The notes under the pieces were generated by a model, which worked only from the letters and a program-made list of their open reading frames with translations, searched no databases and had not been told where the DNA came from. A DNA stretch of 64,000 nt from Calditrichia bacterium (GTDB taxonomy: Bacteria; Calditrichota; Calditrichia; JAJRVZ01), in assembly GCA_963777955.1 (NCBI GenBank), contig CAVZSQ010000021.1, forward strand, positions 64,001 through 128,000, given 5' to 3'. Each line of letters starts with the position of its first letter. The first letter of the stretch is position 1. Position numbers and translations under genes: made by a program. This document shows positions 1-10,292 of the stretch, in pieces.

Positions 1-738
1 AGATAAGCCGGATCCGGTTTTTGATATGCTTTAAAACACCCGGCCTCGGCAGACCCTTTCCGCCCGTCCGGTAATTTCACGCTCAACCAGGATCCCTGTG
101 TACCTGTTTTGGCCAGAAGGCAGCCTAGCACAGCATCGCAGACAACCTGGCTGGTAATATCTGGTTCTGAATAAATCTGGGTGTAGTTGACATCCATTAT
201 GACCAGCTCCTGGCGCCGCCAGTTGTCTATACCCTGCCTGTCGGTGCGCAGCAGAGAACCGCGGGTTATCCAGCCCAGATAGTCATAAGACGACTGTACC
301 AGATACCAGCCAGATTGCTTTTTCAGTATTTTCACTTCGTTACCCAGTAATAGCTGATCGATCAGTTCAGCAGTGTGATCCGGTGATTTTTTAATATTTC
401 CGACACTTACGGTGATCAGGCCCCATACCGAATCCTGTAATTGCTCCTGGGGCAGTAGTTGTATATCGGTATGTATCTCGGCAGTTTTAAAGTATTCGCT
501 GATCAGAGAATCCAGCGCATGTTTGGCCTCCGGCACGCGTTGTTTCTGCCCGGATCAGCCATTGATTTTTTCCCCGGGAGCAGACGACATCGAACACCCT
601 GGTGCGGCTGTCCGGGGCAAAAGTCGATCTGATCTTTTCCACGGCTGCTTCAAAACCAGCCGGTAATTTCATTTCTGGCCGGCAGCTGCAGAACACCAAC
701 AGCAGCAGCAACCCTGAACCGATTTTCCCGGAATGCAT
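1..738 (-). CDS. SH3-domain lipoprotein of the C40/NlpC-P60 peptidase type (partial; 3' end beyond window; apparent frameshift ~538)
   Basis: Lipoprotein signal (LLLLVFCSC). After a +1 shift the frame continues VPEAKHALD...WGLITVSVGNIKKSPDHTAELIDQLLLGNEVKILKKQSGWYLVQSSYDYLGWI, a bacterial SH3 pattern typical of C40 endopeptidases. The catalytic domain is not in the window. Confidence 0.7.
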
Positions 739-879
739 AAAATACCACATCAGTTATATCTGGTACATCCGGGTTGAATTTAATTATTCGTTAAAATTTA
801 TCCAATAATTATTTAATGTTAATTATTCAGATATTTTGTTTTACCCCTGTAACATTTATATTTGGCCGGAGTGATAATT

Positions 880-1593
880 ATGATAACCGAATATACATCA
901 ATTCTGCTGTTGGGACTGCTGGGGGGATTCAGTCACTGTCTGGGCATGTGCGGCGGCTTTGTCATGGCTTATAGCATGAATCTGCGCGGCCCGGATCCGG
1001 CAACCCCTGCCGCTAAATGGCTGAAATGGCGGTCTCATCTTTTATACAATAGCGGCAGAATTTTTACTTATATGATTCTCGGTGAGATTTTTGGCCTGCT
1101 GGGCAGCACCCTGGGTTTTATTCTGGCGGTAAAAAATTTACAGGGAGCATTGGAATTATTGGCCGGTATAGTCATGCTGGTCATGGGTATCGCCTTTACC
1201 GGATTATGGCCGGGCTGGTCCTGGAAAGATTATTTCCCCGGAGTAAATCTTTTCAAAAAGATCATATCCGGTTTGTACAAAAACCTGCGGCCTAAAAACC
1301 TGTTCATACTGGGTATGATCCTGGGATTGATCCCCTGCGGACTGGTTTATGCAGCAGGCGCAATAGCAGTAGCAACACAGAGTCCGCTGCAGGGTATGAT
1401 CATCATGCTGTTTTTCGGACTGGGTACCGTACCGGCACTATTCAGCCTGGGCATTTCCACTGAACTGATCGCACTGCACTGGCGTCGCCGTTTATACCGC
1501 CTGGCCTCTGGCCTGCTTATTATTTTTGCCGTTCTAACCATACTGCGCGGTATCGATGCCCTGGGCTGGCATCATTTCTACTGGTTGCCCTGA
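880..1593 (+). CDS. Sulfite exporter TauE/SafE / DsbD_2-family membrane protein (cbb3 oxidase assembly accessory)
   Basis: SHCLGMCGG and GLIPCGLVY motifs, multi-TM, heads the cco cluster; ATG at 880 preferred. Confidence 0.85.
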   Translation: MITEYTSILLLGLLGGFSHCLGMCGGFVMAYSMNLRGPDPATPAAKWLKWRSHLLYNSGRIFTYMILGEIFGLLGSTLGFILAVKNLQGALELLAGIVMLVMGIAFTGLWPGWSWKDYFPGVNLFKKIISGLYKNLRPKNLFILGMILGLIPCGLVYAAGAIAVATQSPLQGMIIMLFFGLGTVPALFSLGISTELIALHWRRRLYRLASGLLIIFAVLTILRGIDALGWHHFYWLP

Positions 1594-1616
1594 ATCCCTG
1601 GCGGTGTAATAAACCA

Positions 1617-4052
1617 ATGAATAACTCCGCTCAAATCCATTGTTATCATTGCGGTCAGCAATGTGCATCGTCCGGTATTTCCGCCGGTGAAAAGATTTTC
1701 TGTTGCCGCGGCTGCCTGTTAGCCTATCAACTGCTTGCGGACAATGATCTGGACCTTTATTATTCCCTGAATCCCAAGCCCGGTCAAAGACCTGCTCAGG
1801 AATTTTCCGGAACCAGATACGCCTATCTTGATGATCCGGTTTTGATCAGACAATTGATATCTTTCAGCGATGGTAAAACCACCCGTATTCTGTTCAGGAT
1901 ACCTTCCATCCACTGCAGTTCCTGTATCTGGTTGCTGGAAAACCTGTTTCGTCTCCATGCGGGTATCCAGGCCTCTACTGTCAATTTTATCCGCAAGGAA
2001 GTTACGATTCATTATAATGCCGGCTTGATTACCCTGCGTAAACTTGTTGAATTATTATCGGCCTGCGGATATGAACCCGAAATAAATCTGGCCAGCTTGC
2101 AGCAACAGGTACAGCGTAAAACAGATTTTGAACTATATCTTAAAATCGGTATTGCCGGTTTCGCCTTCGGCAATATCATGCTGCTCAGCCTGCCGGAATA
2201 TCTGGCCCGGGGCGGATTATCAGATCAGACTTTCACTATCTTTTTCGGTATTATCAATATCATTCTGTCCCTGCCGGTATTTTTTTACTGTGCCTTCGAT
2301 TATTTTAAATCCGCCTGGCAGGGAATTAAACAAAAAATATTAAATATAGACGTCCCCATTTCCCTGGGCATCATATCGTTATTTCTGAGAAGTCTTTATG
2401 AAATCGTTTATAACCTGCAGCCGGGTTACCTGGATTCTTTTTCCGGCCTGGTTTTTTTCCTGTTAATAGGAAAACTATTTCAGAAAAAAACCTACGACAA
2501 CCTCTCTTTTGAGCGGGACTTTCGCTCCTATTTCCCCTTATCGGTCACTAAGCAGGAAGAGCAGCACGAGGTTATGGTCCCTATCGATAAATTGCGTCCG
2601 GCCGACCGGTTATTGATACGTCATCAGGAATTAATTCCGGCGGATTCACAATTGATCAGCAACGGGGCTCTGATCGATTACAGTTTTGTCAATGGCGAGT
2701 CACTTCCGGTGGAAAAACACCAGGGAGATTTACTTTATGCCGGCGGCCGGCAGATCGGCAACACCATTGAAATCCAGGTAGTAAAAGAAGTCAACCAGAG
2801 TTACCTCACTCAATTATGGAATACGGCCGCATATAAAAAACCTGCGGGAACAGCTCAACTCAGCAAGCTGGCCAACTCCATCGGCCTTTATTTCACCTAT
2901 GTAATTCTGGCCATTGCCTTGCTGACTTTTCTGATCTGGTTACCGCAGGATGGTTTGCGGGCACTTACGGCTTTCACTTCAGTGCTGGTGATAGCCTGCC
3001 CCTGTGCCCTGGCTTTATCAATCCCTTTTACTTTGGGCAATACCATGCGGATTTTTGCCCGTAAGGGTTTCTATTTAAAAAATACATCCATCATCGCTGA
3101 ACTGGCCCGGATCAAGACGATCATATTTGATAAAACCGGAACGATAACTCATGCCGCTGTTACCCGGCTGGAATTCATACCCCTGAATGGCCAGGCCGGG
3201 GACTTATCGGATCAGGAAAGATCATTTATTTGTTCTCTGGTCAGACATTCTACGCACCCGCTCAGCCAGATCCTGCTGACTCAGCTGGCCAGGCCGCTGG
3301 TACACTTGCAGGTGCAGGAATATCAGGAGTTTCCCGGACAGGGCATCAGCGGTAAAATTCAAAACCTGTCTGTACGTATCGGTTCTGCCGATTTTATCGG
3401 GATTAATTTTAATCCGGCTCCCCTCGAAACTATTACTACGGTCTTTGTCGAAATCGCCGGGAAAAAACGCGGTTATTTCAAAATGCACCCACTCTATCGA
3501 CCCGAATTAAAACAGGTTATCGATCTGTTACAACGGAATTATCAGATTTATTTGTTGACCGGGGACAGGGATTATTCCCGCCGGCAATTGCAGGAATTCT
3601 TTCCCAGGGAAGATATGATGTTATTCAATCAATCCCCCTTTGATAAACTAAATTTCGTTCAAAAAATGCAGGAGAATTCCCCGGTTCTGATGATTGGCGA
3701 TGGATTGAACGATGCCGGTGCTTTAAAACAGAGTGACGCAGGCATTGCCATGGCCGACGAAATATCTACCTTTACTCCGGCCAGTGACGCTATTCTGGAA
3801 GCCGCTGCTTTTAAGTATCTGCCCTTTTTCCTGCATTTTTCCGGATTAAGCATGAAAGTTATCTGGATCAGTTTTATAATATCACTTCTTTATAATGTGA
3901 TCGGATTGTATTTCGCTGTACAGGGCATACTCTCCCCGCTCATCGCCGCGGTGCTGATGCCCACCAGTTCCATATCGGTAGTACTTTTTGCGATTGGTAT
4001 GACCGGTTTTTTGGCCAAAATAACTATCCCGGGCAATGGAGGTACTGCATAA
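1617..4052 (+). CDS. ccoI: Cu-translocating P1B-type ATPase CcoI/FixI
   Basis: N-terminal CYHCG..FCCRGC, HMA motif CSSC, CPC, DKTGT, HP, GDGLND; inside cco locus. Confidence 0.92.
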   Translation: MNNSAQIHCYHCGQQCASSGISAGEKIFCCRGCLLAYQLLADNDLDLYYSLNPKPGQRPAQEFSGTRYAYLDDPVLIRQLISFSDGKTTRILFRIPSIHCSSCIWLLENLFRLHAGIQASTVNFIRKEVTIHYNAGLITLRKLVELLSACGYEPEINLASLQQQVQRKTDFELYLKIGIAGFAFGNIMLLSLPEYLARGGLSDQTFTIFFGIINIILSLPVFFYCAFDYFKSAWQGIKQKILNIDVPISLGIISLFLRSLYEIVYNLQPGYLDSFSGLVFFLLIGKLFQKKTYDNLSFERDFRSYFPLSVTKQEEQHEVMVPIDKLRPADRLLIRHQELIPADSQLISNGALIDYSFVNGESLPVEKHQGDLLYAGGRQIGNTIEIQVVKEVNQSYLTQLWNTAAYKKPAGTAQLSKLANSIGLYFTYVILAIALLTFLIWLPQDGLRALTAFTSVLVIACPCALALSIPFTLGNTMRIFARKGFYLKNTSIIAELARIKTIIFDKTGTITHAAVTRLEFIPLNGQAGDLSDQERSFICSLVRHSTHPLSQILLTQLARPLVHLQVQEYQEFPGQGISGKIQNLSVRIGSADFIGINFNPAPLETITTVFVEIAGKKRGYFKMHPLYRPELKQVIDLLQRNYQIYLLTGDRDYSRRQLQEFFPREDMMLFNQSPFDKLNFVQKMQENSPVLMIGDGLNDAGALKQSDAGIAMADEISTFTPASDAILEAAAFKYLPFFLHFSGLSMKVIWISFIISLLYNVIGLYFAVQGILSPLIAAVLMPTSSISVVLFAIGMTGFLAKITIPGNGGTA

Positions 4053-4155
4053 ATATGCCCTGTTTTATTATACATATTTATTTATTATCTTTTCCGGTGA
4101 GCCCGCTTCAGGCGGGGAATTCGGACCTTAAATTTTAGGCGGGTACCAGAATACA

Positions 4156-4341
4156 GTGAGTGCCATTTTTGCTTTAATCATCATCAGCCTGTTGGTCGCC
4201 GTTGGTTTTTTAGTAGCATTCATCTGGGCTATTAAAAGCGGTCAGTTTGATGATAATTTTACCCCTTCGATACGAATGCTTTGGGACGACAAGGAAAAAA
4301 TGTCCCCTTCATCCACCGATCAAGTTGAGGAGGAAAAATAA
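4156..4341 (+). CDS. ccoS: cbb3-type oxidase maturation protein CcoS
   Basis: Single TM followed by FIWAIKSGQFDD motif. Confidence 0.92.
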   Translation: MSAIFALIIISLLVAVGFLVAFIWAIKSGQFDDNFTPSIRMLWDDKEKMSPSSTDQVEEEK

Positions 4342-4344
4342 CGC

Positions 4345-6466
4345 ATGGCCATTGAGAATTTCCAGTATGACAATAGAATTGTAAGAAATTTTGCCTACGC
4401 GACAATATTTTGGGGAAGCATCGGGATGCTGGTGGGTTTATGGATTGCTACCGAATTGTTCTGGCCGCAATTAAACCTGGGCCTGCCGGTCACCACTTTC
4501 AGTCGCCTGCGGCCTCTGCATACCAATGCCGTTATTTTTGCCTTTGTCGGCAACGGTATTTTCATGGGATTATATTATTCACTGCAACGGCTTTGTAAAG
4601 CACGGATGTTCAATGACCTGTTAAGTGCCGTTCATTTTTGGGGCTGGCAGCTAATCATCCTCGCCGCTGCTATCACCCTGCCCCTGGGTTACACGGTCAG
4701 TAAGGAGTACGCCGAACTGGAATGGCCGATTGACCTGGCTATCACCGTTATCTGGGTGATTTTCGGCATCAATATGATCGGTACGATCATGCGCCGCCGC
4801 GAGAAACACATGTATGTGGCCATCTGGTTTTACATTGCCACTTTTTTTACGGTAGCGATCCTGCATATCGTAAACTCTATCGAATTACCGGTCAGTTTTC
4901 TTAAAAGTTATCCGGTCTACGCCGGTGTACAGGATGCTCTGGTACAATGGTGGTATGGACACAATGCGGTGGCATTTTTCCTGACCACCCCTTATCTGGG
5001 TTTAATGTATTATTTTCTGCCCAAAGCAGCCAATCGCCCAGTATATTCCTATCGTCTGTCTATTGTCCATTTCTGGGCATTGATCTTTATTTATATCTGG
5101 GCCGGACCGCATCATCTGCTCTTCTCTTCACTGCCCGACTGGGCTCAATCACTGGGAACCGTTTTTTCCATCATGCTACTGGCACCTTCCTGGGGTGGTA
5201 TGCTGAACGGCCTGTTGACCCTGCGGGGTGCCTGGGACCGCGTCCGGGAAGATCCTGTTTTAAAGTTCCTGGTTGTGGCCGTTACTGCTTACGGCATGGC
5301 TACTTTCGAAGGTCCGACACTAGCCATCAAAAGTGTAAATGCCCTGTCCCATTTTACCGATTGGACCATTGCCCACGTACATGTCGGCGCACTGGGCTGG
5401 AATGGCCTGCTTACCTTCGGGGTTCTGTACTGGTTAATGCCGCGACTGTTCAATACAAAATTATATTCCGTCAAACTGGCAAATTTTCATTTCTGGATTG
5501 CCACCCTGGGTATAATTTTTTATGCCATTCCGATGTGGTGGGCCGGCATAACCCAGGGATTAATGTGGAAAGAATTCGGTGCCGATGGTACACTGCAATA
5601 TCCCTTATTTCTGGAGACGGTTATTCAACTTATACCGATGTATGCCCTCCGTGCCGTAGGTGGTACACTTTATCTCACCGGTACAATTATCATGATTTAT
5701 AATCTGGTCAAGACTGTACGCAGTGGGAAATTGGTCGCCGATGAGCCGGCCCAGGCTCCGGCACTTGTAGCGGCGGAAACTCATACCTCCGGGCAGAAAC
5801 AGTACTGGCATCGCTGGCTGGAAAGAAGGCCGGTCCAATTTTTCATCCTGGCTACTATCGCTATTTTGATCGGTGGAATCGTGGAAATTATCCCGACTTT
5901 TATGATCAGGACCAATATTCCCACCATTACCAGCGTGAAACCATATACGCCGCTGGAATTGGAGGGACGGGATATTTATATCCGTGAGGGGTGTTATGTC
6001 TGCCATTCACAGATGGTGCGACCTTTCCGCTCCGAAACAGAACGCTATGGTGAATACTCCAAGGCGGGTGAATTCATTTATGATCATCCCTTTCAGTGGG
6101 GATCAAAACGCACCGGGCCTGACCTGCATCGTGAGGGCCAGAAATACCCCGATGCCTGGCATTATAATCACATGATTGAACCATCATCTATGTCTCCCGG
6201 TTCGATTATGCCCCCTTTCAAATGGTTGGCTGAAAAACCGTTGAATATTTCCCATCTGGAAAAGAAAATCCGTTTAATGCAGAAACTGGGTGTGCCTTAC
6301 CCGCCTGACTATGATAAACAAGCCCGGCAGGATTTGATACTCCAGGCCGAACAAATTGCCGCCGAGTCTGAAGGAATCCGCTATCGAAGTCAGATCTGAC
6401 CGGGAAATCATTGCCCTGATCGCCTATCTGCAGCGACTGGGAGTAGATATAAAAGGATTGAAGTAG
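4345..6466 (+). CDS. ccoNO: cbb3-type cytochrome c oxidase fused subunits I/II (CcoNO); apparent +1 insertion at ~6364
   Basis: [27 protein letters not shown] (CcoN); CYVCH and [10 protein letters not shown] (CcoO). The conserved C-terminus [13 protein letters not shown] lies in a shifted frame ending TAG at 6466. Confidence 0.95.
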
Positions 6467-6498
6467 AACAATTATTAAGCAATTATGCCTGACCGATT

Positions 6499-6693
6499 AT
6501 GCTAAACCGATTGTTTCAAAACGTACCGGGAATTCAGATTTATGGGATTTTTGTATTACTGCTATTTTTCATCATATTCATAGTGATCGTAATCCGGGTC
6601 TGGCGTGCCGATAAACAATACTTAAAAAAAATGAGTGAATTACCGCTTGATCAGACCTTAACCCGGGGAGAGGAGAGTCGTGACCGAAAATGA
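6499..6693 (+). CDS. ccoQ: cbb3-type oxidase subunit CcoQ
   Basis: Small single-TM protein with MSELPL tail, between ccoNO and ccoP. Confidence 0.85.
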   Translation: MLNRLFQNVPGIQIYGIFVLLLFFIIFIVIVIRVWRADKQYLKKMSELPLDQTLTRGEESRDRK

Positions 6694-7552
6694 TGAAAAA
6701 GAATTAGTTTTGGATCATGATTATGACGGTATCCAGGAACTGGACAACCGGCTGCCGCCCTGGTGGCTGTATATGTTTTATATTTCCATCGCCTGGTCAG
6801 TTATATATTATTCGTACTATCATGTGCTGGGTCTGGGGGATTCCTCTGCTATCGCTTATCAAAAAGAAATGAATCCTGCCTATATTGAGGCTGTCAACAA
6901 ATCAGGTTTTTCACTTGAATACCGTTCGCCTTTTTACAATGCGCGGGGCGACTTGACCCCGTTACAAAAAATCGACTTACAGCAACAGCAGGCTCAAAAC
7001 GCAGCCATGGCAGCAAGCGGCAGAAGCGGTGCTGAATACAAACTGCAGGCAACAAATTTTGATGAATTGATTCTGGCTGCCATGGCCAAAGCTACCCCGG
7101 AAAATCTGGATAAATTGAAAACAGCATTCCCCGGGTTATACACAGTTTATCAGACTGGAAATATACGTCAATCTGCCGGGGGAGAAACATCAGCAATTCC
7201 TGCTGTCGCAGCAGCACAACCGGAGATTCAACCCCTGAGTGATGCAGCCAGTCTGGCAGCAGGCAAAAAGATTTTTAGCGTCAATTGCGTCACTTGTCAT
7301 GGCCAGGCCGGAGAAGGGGGCATCGGGCCCAATTTAACCGACGATTATTATCTGCACGGCCGGGGAATGACCAATACAGTAAAAACCATCACCAATGGTG
7401 TGGCAGCTAAGGGCATGATCGCCTGGCGGGGTATTTTAAAAGAGGATCAGATCAAACAGGCAGCCAGTTATATCCTTTCACTGCACGGGACCAATCCCCC
7501 CAATCCCAAAGCTCCGCAGGGGGAAAAAATTACAGAAACATCTGTCAACTAA
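6680..7552 (+). CDS. ccoP: cbb3-type oxidase subunit III CcoP (monoheme)
   Basis: HDYDGIQELDNRLPPWW N-terminal motif; one CxxCH (CVTCH), GPNLTD, axial Met in KGMIAW. Confidence 0.92.
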   Translation: MTENDEKELVLDHDYDGIQELDNRLPPWWLYMFYISIAWSVIYYSYYHVLGLGDSSAIAYQKEMNPAYIEAVNKSGFSLEYRSPFYNARGDLTPLQKIDLQQQQAQNAAMAASGRSGAEYKLQATNFDELILAAMAKATPENLDKLKTAFPGLYTVYQTGNIRQSAGGETSAIPAVAAAQPEIQPLSDAASLAAGKKIFSVNCVTCHGQAGEGGIGPNLTDDYYLHGRGMTNTVKTITNGVAAKGMIAWRGILKEDQIKQAASYILSLHGTNPPNPKAPQGEKITETSVN

Positions 7553-7600
7553 CCAGGGTCTAGACTGTCCCGGACAGTACGACCAATCCGCTACAACAGT

Positions 7601-9006
7601 ATGACCAAGAATACCGATAATTATCGTGATCATGTTTCCACTGTCGATCAGAGGGGAAAACGGATCTGGCTGTACCCTAAAAAGCCGCAGGGAGCCTATA
7701 CCAGGGCGCGTGAAATTGTCAGTATGGTTCTATTGCTGTTCTTTTTTACTGCCCCCTTCATTAAAATCAATGGACAACCTTTGCTGCTGTTCAATATCCT
7801 CGAACGGAAATTTACAATCTTCGGTCTGGTTTTCTGGCCGCAGGATTTTTACCTGTTCGTTATCACCACTATATTATTGATTATCTTTATTGTGCTGTTC
7901 ACCGTTGTGTTCGGCCGCTTATGGTGCGGTTGGGCCTGCCCCCAGACGGTTTTCATGGAAATGGTCTTTCGTAAAATAGAGTTCTGGATTGAAGGAGATG
8001 CCCATCAGCAAAAACGATTAAACCAATCCCCCTGGACAGCCCGGAAAATTTATAAAAAAACCATAAAGCATATTATTTTTTATGCTATTTCTTTCGTAAT
8101 CGGTAATACTTTTCTGACCTATATAATAGGTCTGGATCCGCTTATTAAAATTATCAGCGATCCTCCGGCCCGGCATATTTTCGGTTTACTAGCCATGATC
8201 ATATTCAGTGCTGTCTTCTACTGGATTTTTGCCTTTTTCCGCGAGCAGGTCTGTACCATGGTCTGTCCCTATGGACGTTTGCAGAGTGTTCTGCTGGATC
8301 CTGATTCTATTGTTGTTTCTTATGATTTCGCAAGAGGGGAACCGCGGGGAAAATTTTCCCGGTCACAATCACGTGGTAATCTTGGTGATTGTATCGAGTG
8401 CCGGCAGTGTATAGATGTATGTCCTACTGGCATAGATATCCGCAATGGAACACAACTGGAATGTATCAACTGCACGGCCTGTATGGATGCCTGCAATGCG
8501 GTAATGAAAAAAGTCAATTTCCCGGTCGGATTAATTCGCTACACATCCTATAATGGTATTGTGCAGGGTTCTAAACTGAAACTGACTCCGCGTATTACAG
8601 GATATTCACTGGTATTGATCCTGCTGCTGGTCTTTAATATTGTACTTCTGGTTAAACGGAGTCCGTTTGAAATTACGATTATGCGCGTACCGGGAGTACT
8701 ATACCAGGAAACGGCTGATGGCAATATTGTCAACCTTTACAATTTGAAAATTATTAATAAAAGCAGTACAGATAAACCGATCACTGTAAAACTAAAATCG
8801 CCCCCAGGCGAATTGAAAATCATCGGCGGAGAATTATGGTCCAGACAAAATGAACTGGTAGAGACGGTGTTACTGTTGGAGTACTAGACAGAAAGGTGAT
8901 AAAATTTAACACTACTCCTGTTTATATCGACATTTTTGCCGATAACCAACAAATTAAAGAAATACGAACTTCGTTCATTGGTCCGGAGATAAAATCTGTG
9001 AAATGA
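7601..9006 (+). CDS. ccoG: Cytochrome c oxidase accessory protein CcoG (4Fe-4S); apparent frameshift ~8882
   Basis: CGWACP, CTMVCPY and two ferredoxin motifs. C-terminal ...RTSFIGP in a shifted frame ends TGA 9006, overlapping the ccoH ATG. Confidence 0.92.
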
Positions 9007-9467
9007 AAACCAGGCAGAAAAAAAATCCTTGGCCTGTGGCCCTGATCAGTGTTTTCAGCGTGTTTATTATCGCTATCCTGCTTTTGGTAATTTTTTCTCA
9101 TTATCATTCGATTGATCTGGTCAGCAGCGATTATTATGAACAGGGCCTTGATTACCAAAAGCAGATCGAAAGGATTAAACACAGCCGGCTGAGCGTTAAT
9201 CAGCTGAGGCTGGAATACAATCCTCCGGAGCGCGCGTTGATTATACATTTTCCGGATAGCCTGAGTACTAAGGCACTTGAAGGAACGATTGTACTTTTCC
9301 GGCCGGCCGACGCCGGGCAGGATAAAAAAATACCGCTGCTGAGCGGTCGCGATCGCCGGCAAACAATTCAGCTGCATGATCTCGCGGACGGTTTATGGCG
9401 GATTAAAATATTCTGGCGCAAAGACAGTACGGAGTTTTACCAGGAAGAAACCGTAACAATCAATTAA
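9003..9467 (+). CDS. ccoH: FixH/CcoH family protein
   Basis: N-terminal TM, DLVSSDYYEQGLDYQ, LFRP..D, GLWRI motifs; follows ccoG. Confidence 0.88.
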   Translation: MKTRQKKNPWPVALISVFSVFIIAILLLVIFSHYHSIDLVSSDYYEQGLDYQKQIERIKHSRLSVNQLRLEYNPPERALIIHFPDSLSTKALEGTIVLFRPADAGQDKKIPLLSGRDRRQTIQLHDLADGLWRIKIFWRKDSTEFYQEETVTIN

Positions 9468-9483
9468 AGATATAGCGATAAGA

Positions 9484-9891
9484 ATGAGCAGGATCATGAA
9501 AAAAGAACCGCAGCAGGAAGATCAGCATTTCAAGCAGTGTCCAAATTGTGGTGAAGTATGGCAAACCCAGCAGAATTTTTTAAATGATAATAATTTAAAT
9601 ATCATCGGCTATCAGGTAAATTTTATCAGATTGGAGTTAGGTTACTTTTTATTTAACCATAACAAATGCCGGACTACCTTGTCTTTACTGGCAAATTCAT
9701 TCAAAAATCTCTATAGCGGACCAGTCTATAAAGAAAGAAAAACCCAAACTGCCGATTGCCCGGAATATTGCCTGAAAGAATCGGTTCTTGATCCCTGTCC
9801 GACCCATTGTGAATGCGCCTATGTACGGGAAATAATTGATATTATCAGGAATTGGCATAAGCAGGCCGGCCAGGCCGGCCAGGCCGGCTAA
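9484..9891 (+). CDS. Cys-rich hypothetical protein, probably metal-binding
   Basis: CPNC, HNKC, CPEYC, CPTHCEC; starts 16 nt after the ccoH stop. Confidence 0.7.
   Translation: MSRIMKKEPQQEDQHFKQCPNCGEVWQTQQNFLNDNNLNIIGYQVNFIRLELGYFLFNHNKCRTTLSLLANSFKNLYSGPVYKERKTQTADCPEYCLKESVLDPCPTHCECAYVREIIDIIRNWHKQAGQAGQAG
9862..9888 (+). repeat. (CAGGCCGGC)x3 tandem repeat encoding QAG-QAG-QAG
   Basis: Three exact 9-nt copies read directly. Confidence 0.85.
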
Positions 9892-10130
9892 CCCGCTGCG
9901 GAGAGAATATCATTTAAAATCTGCAGCGCCCGCTCTTTATCCTTCTCGAAGACATATATATCACCAAGTCCTTTCTGTCCCGTATAAATCCCGTCATAAG
10001 CCCGTTCCAGACTGCTGCGTAAACGAAAATCGATCAGCTCTTTGGCAAAGGCATCTTCGATCAATGGCAACAGAGCCTGATCTTTCAAATCCAGAGTAAA
10101 TATTTTAATACTTTTTTCATCGTCACGCAT
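9888..10130 (-). CDS. Small hypothetical protein, DUF2007-like
   Basis: 80 aa with ..LI...L....I....G...IYV...D.ERA..IL pattern resembling putative signal-transducing DUF2007 proteins. Confidence 0.55.
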   Translation of the reverse strand: MRDDEKSIKIFTLDLKDQALLPLIEDAFAKELIDFRLRSSLERAYDGIYTGQKGLGDIYVFEKDKERALQILNDILSAAG

Positions 10131-10229
10131 GATCTTATCCTGTTTAATTACCTGACTAATTTACTTAAAAACAAATCCGCTTATAAGCAGAAAAATATCT
10201 TTCTTTCTGGCTCGCAGAGGTTTTGTATC

Positions 10230-10258
10230 TTGACATGGAATAAGGCTTTCAGTAATTT
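10230..10258 (+). promoter_or_regulatory. sigma70-type promoter for serA
   Basis: TTGACA-17 nt-TAATTT, ~35 nt upstream of the ATG, which has a GGGAG RBS. Confidence 0.6.
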
Positions 10259-10292
10259 GCATTACCAAATCTATGTCGAAGGGAGAATTTCC

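Noticed and set aside
750..880. FNR/Anr box upstream of the cco locus
   Set aside because: No TTGAT-N4-ATCAA match; the region is simply AT-rich.
4092..4125. Intrinsic terminator between ccoI and ccoS (CCCGC-TTCAG-GCGGG stem)
   Set aside because: Short stem with no following U-tract; at most an mRNA-stabilising hairpin.
9862..9888. Functional significance of the (CAGGCCGGC)x3 repeat
   Set aside because: It is an in-frame 9-nt slippage at the end of a C-terminal tail; no evidence of function.
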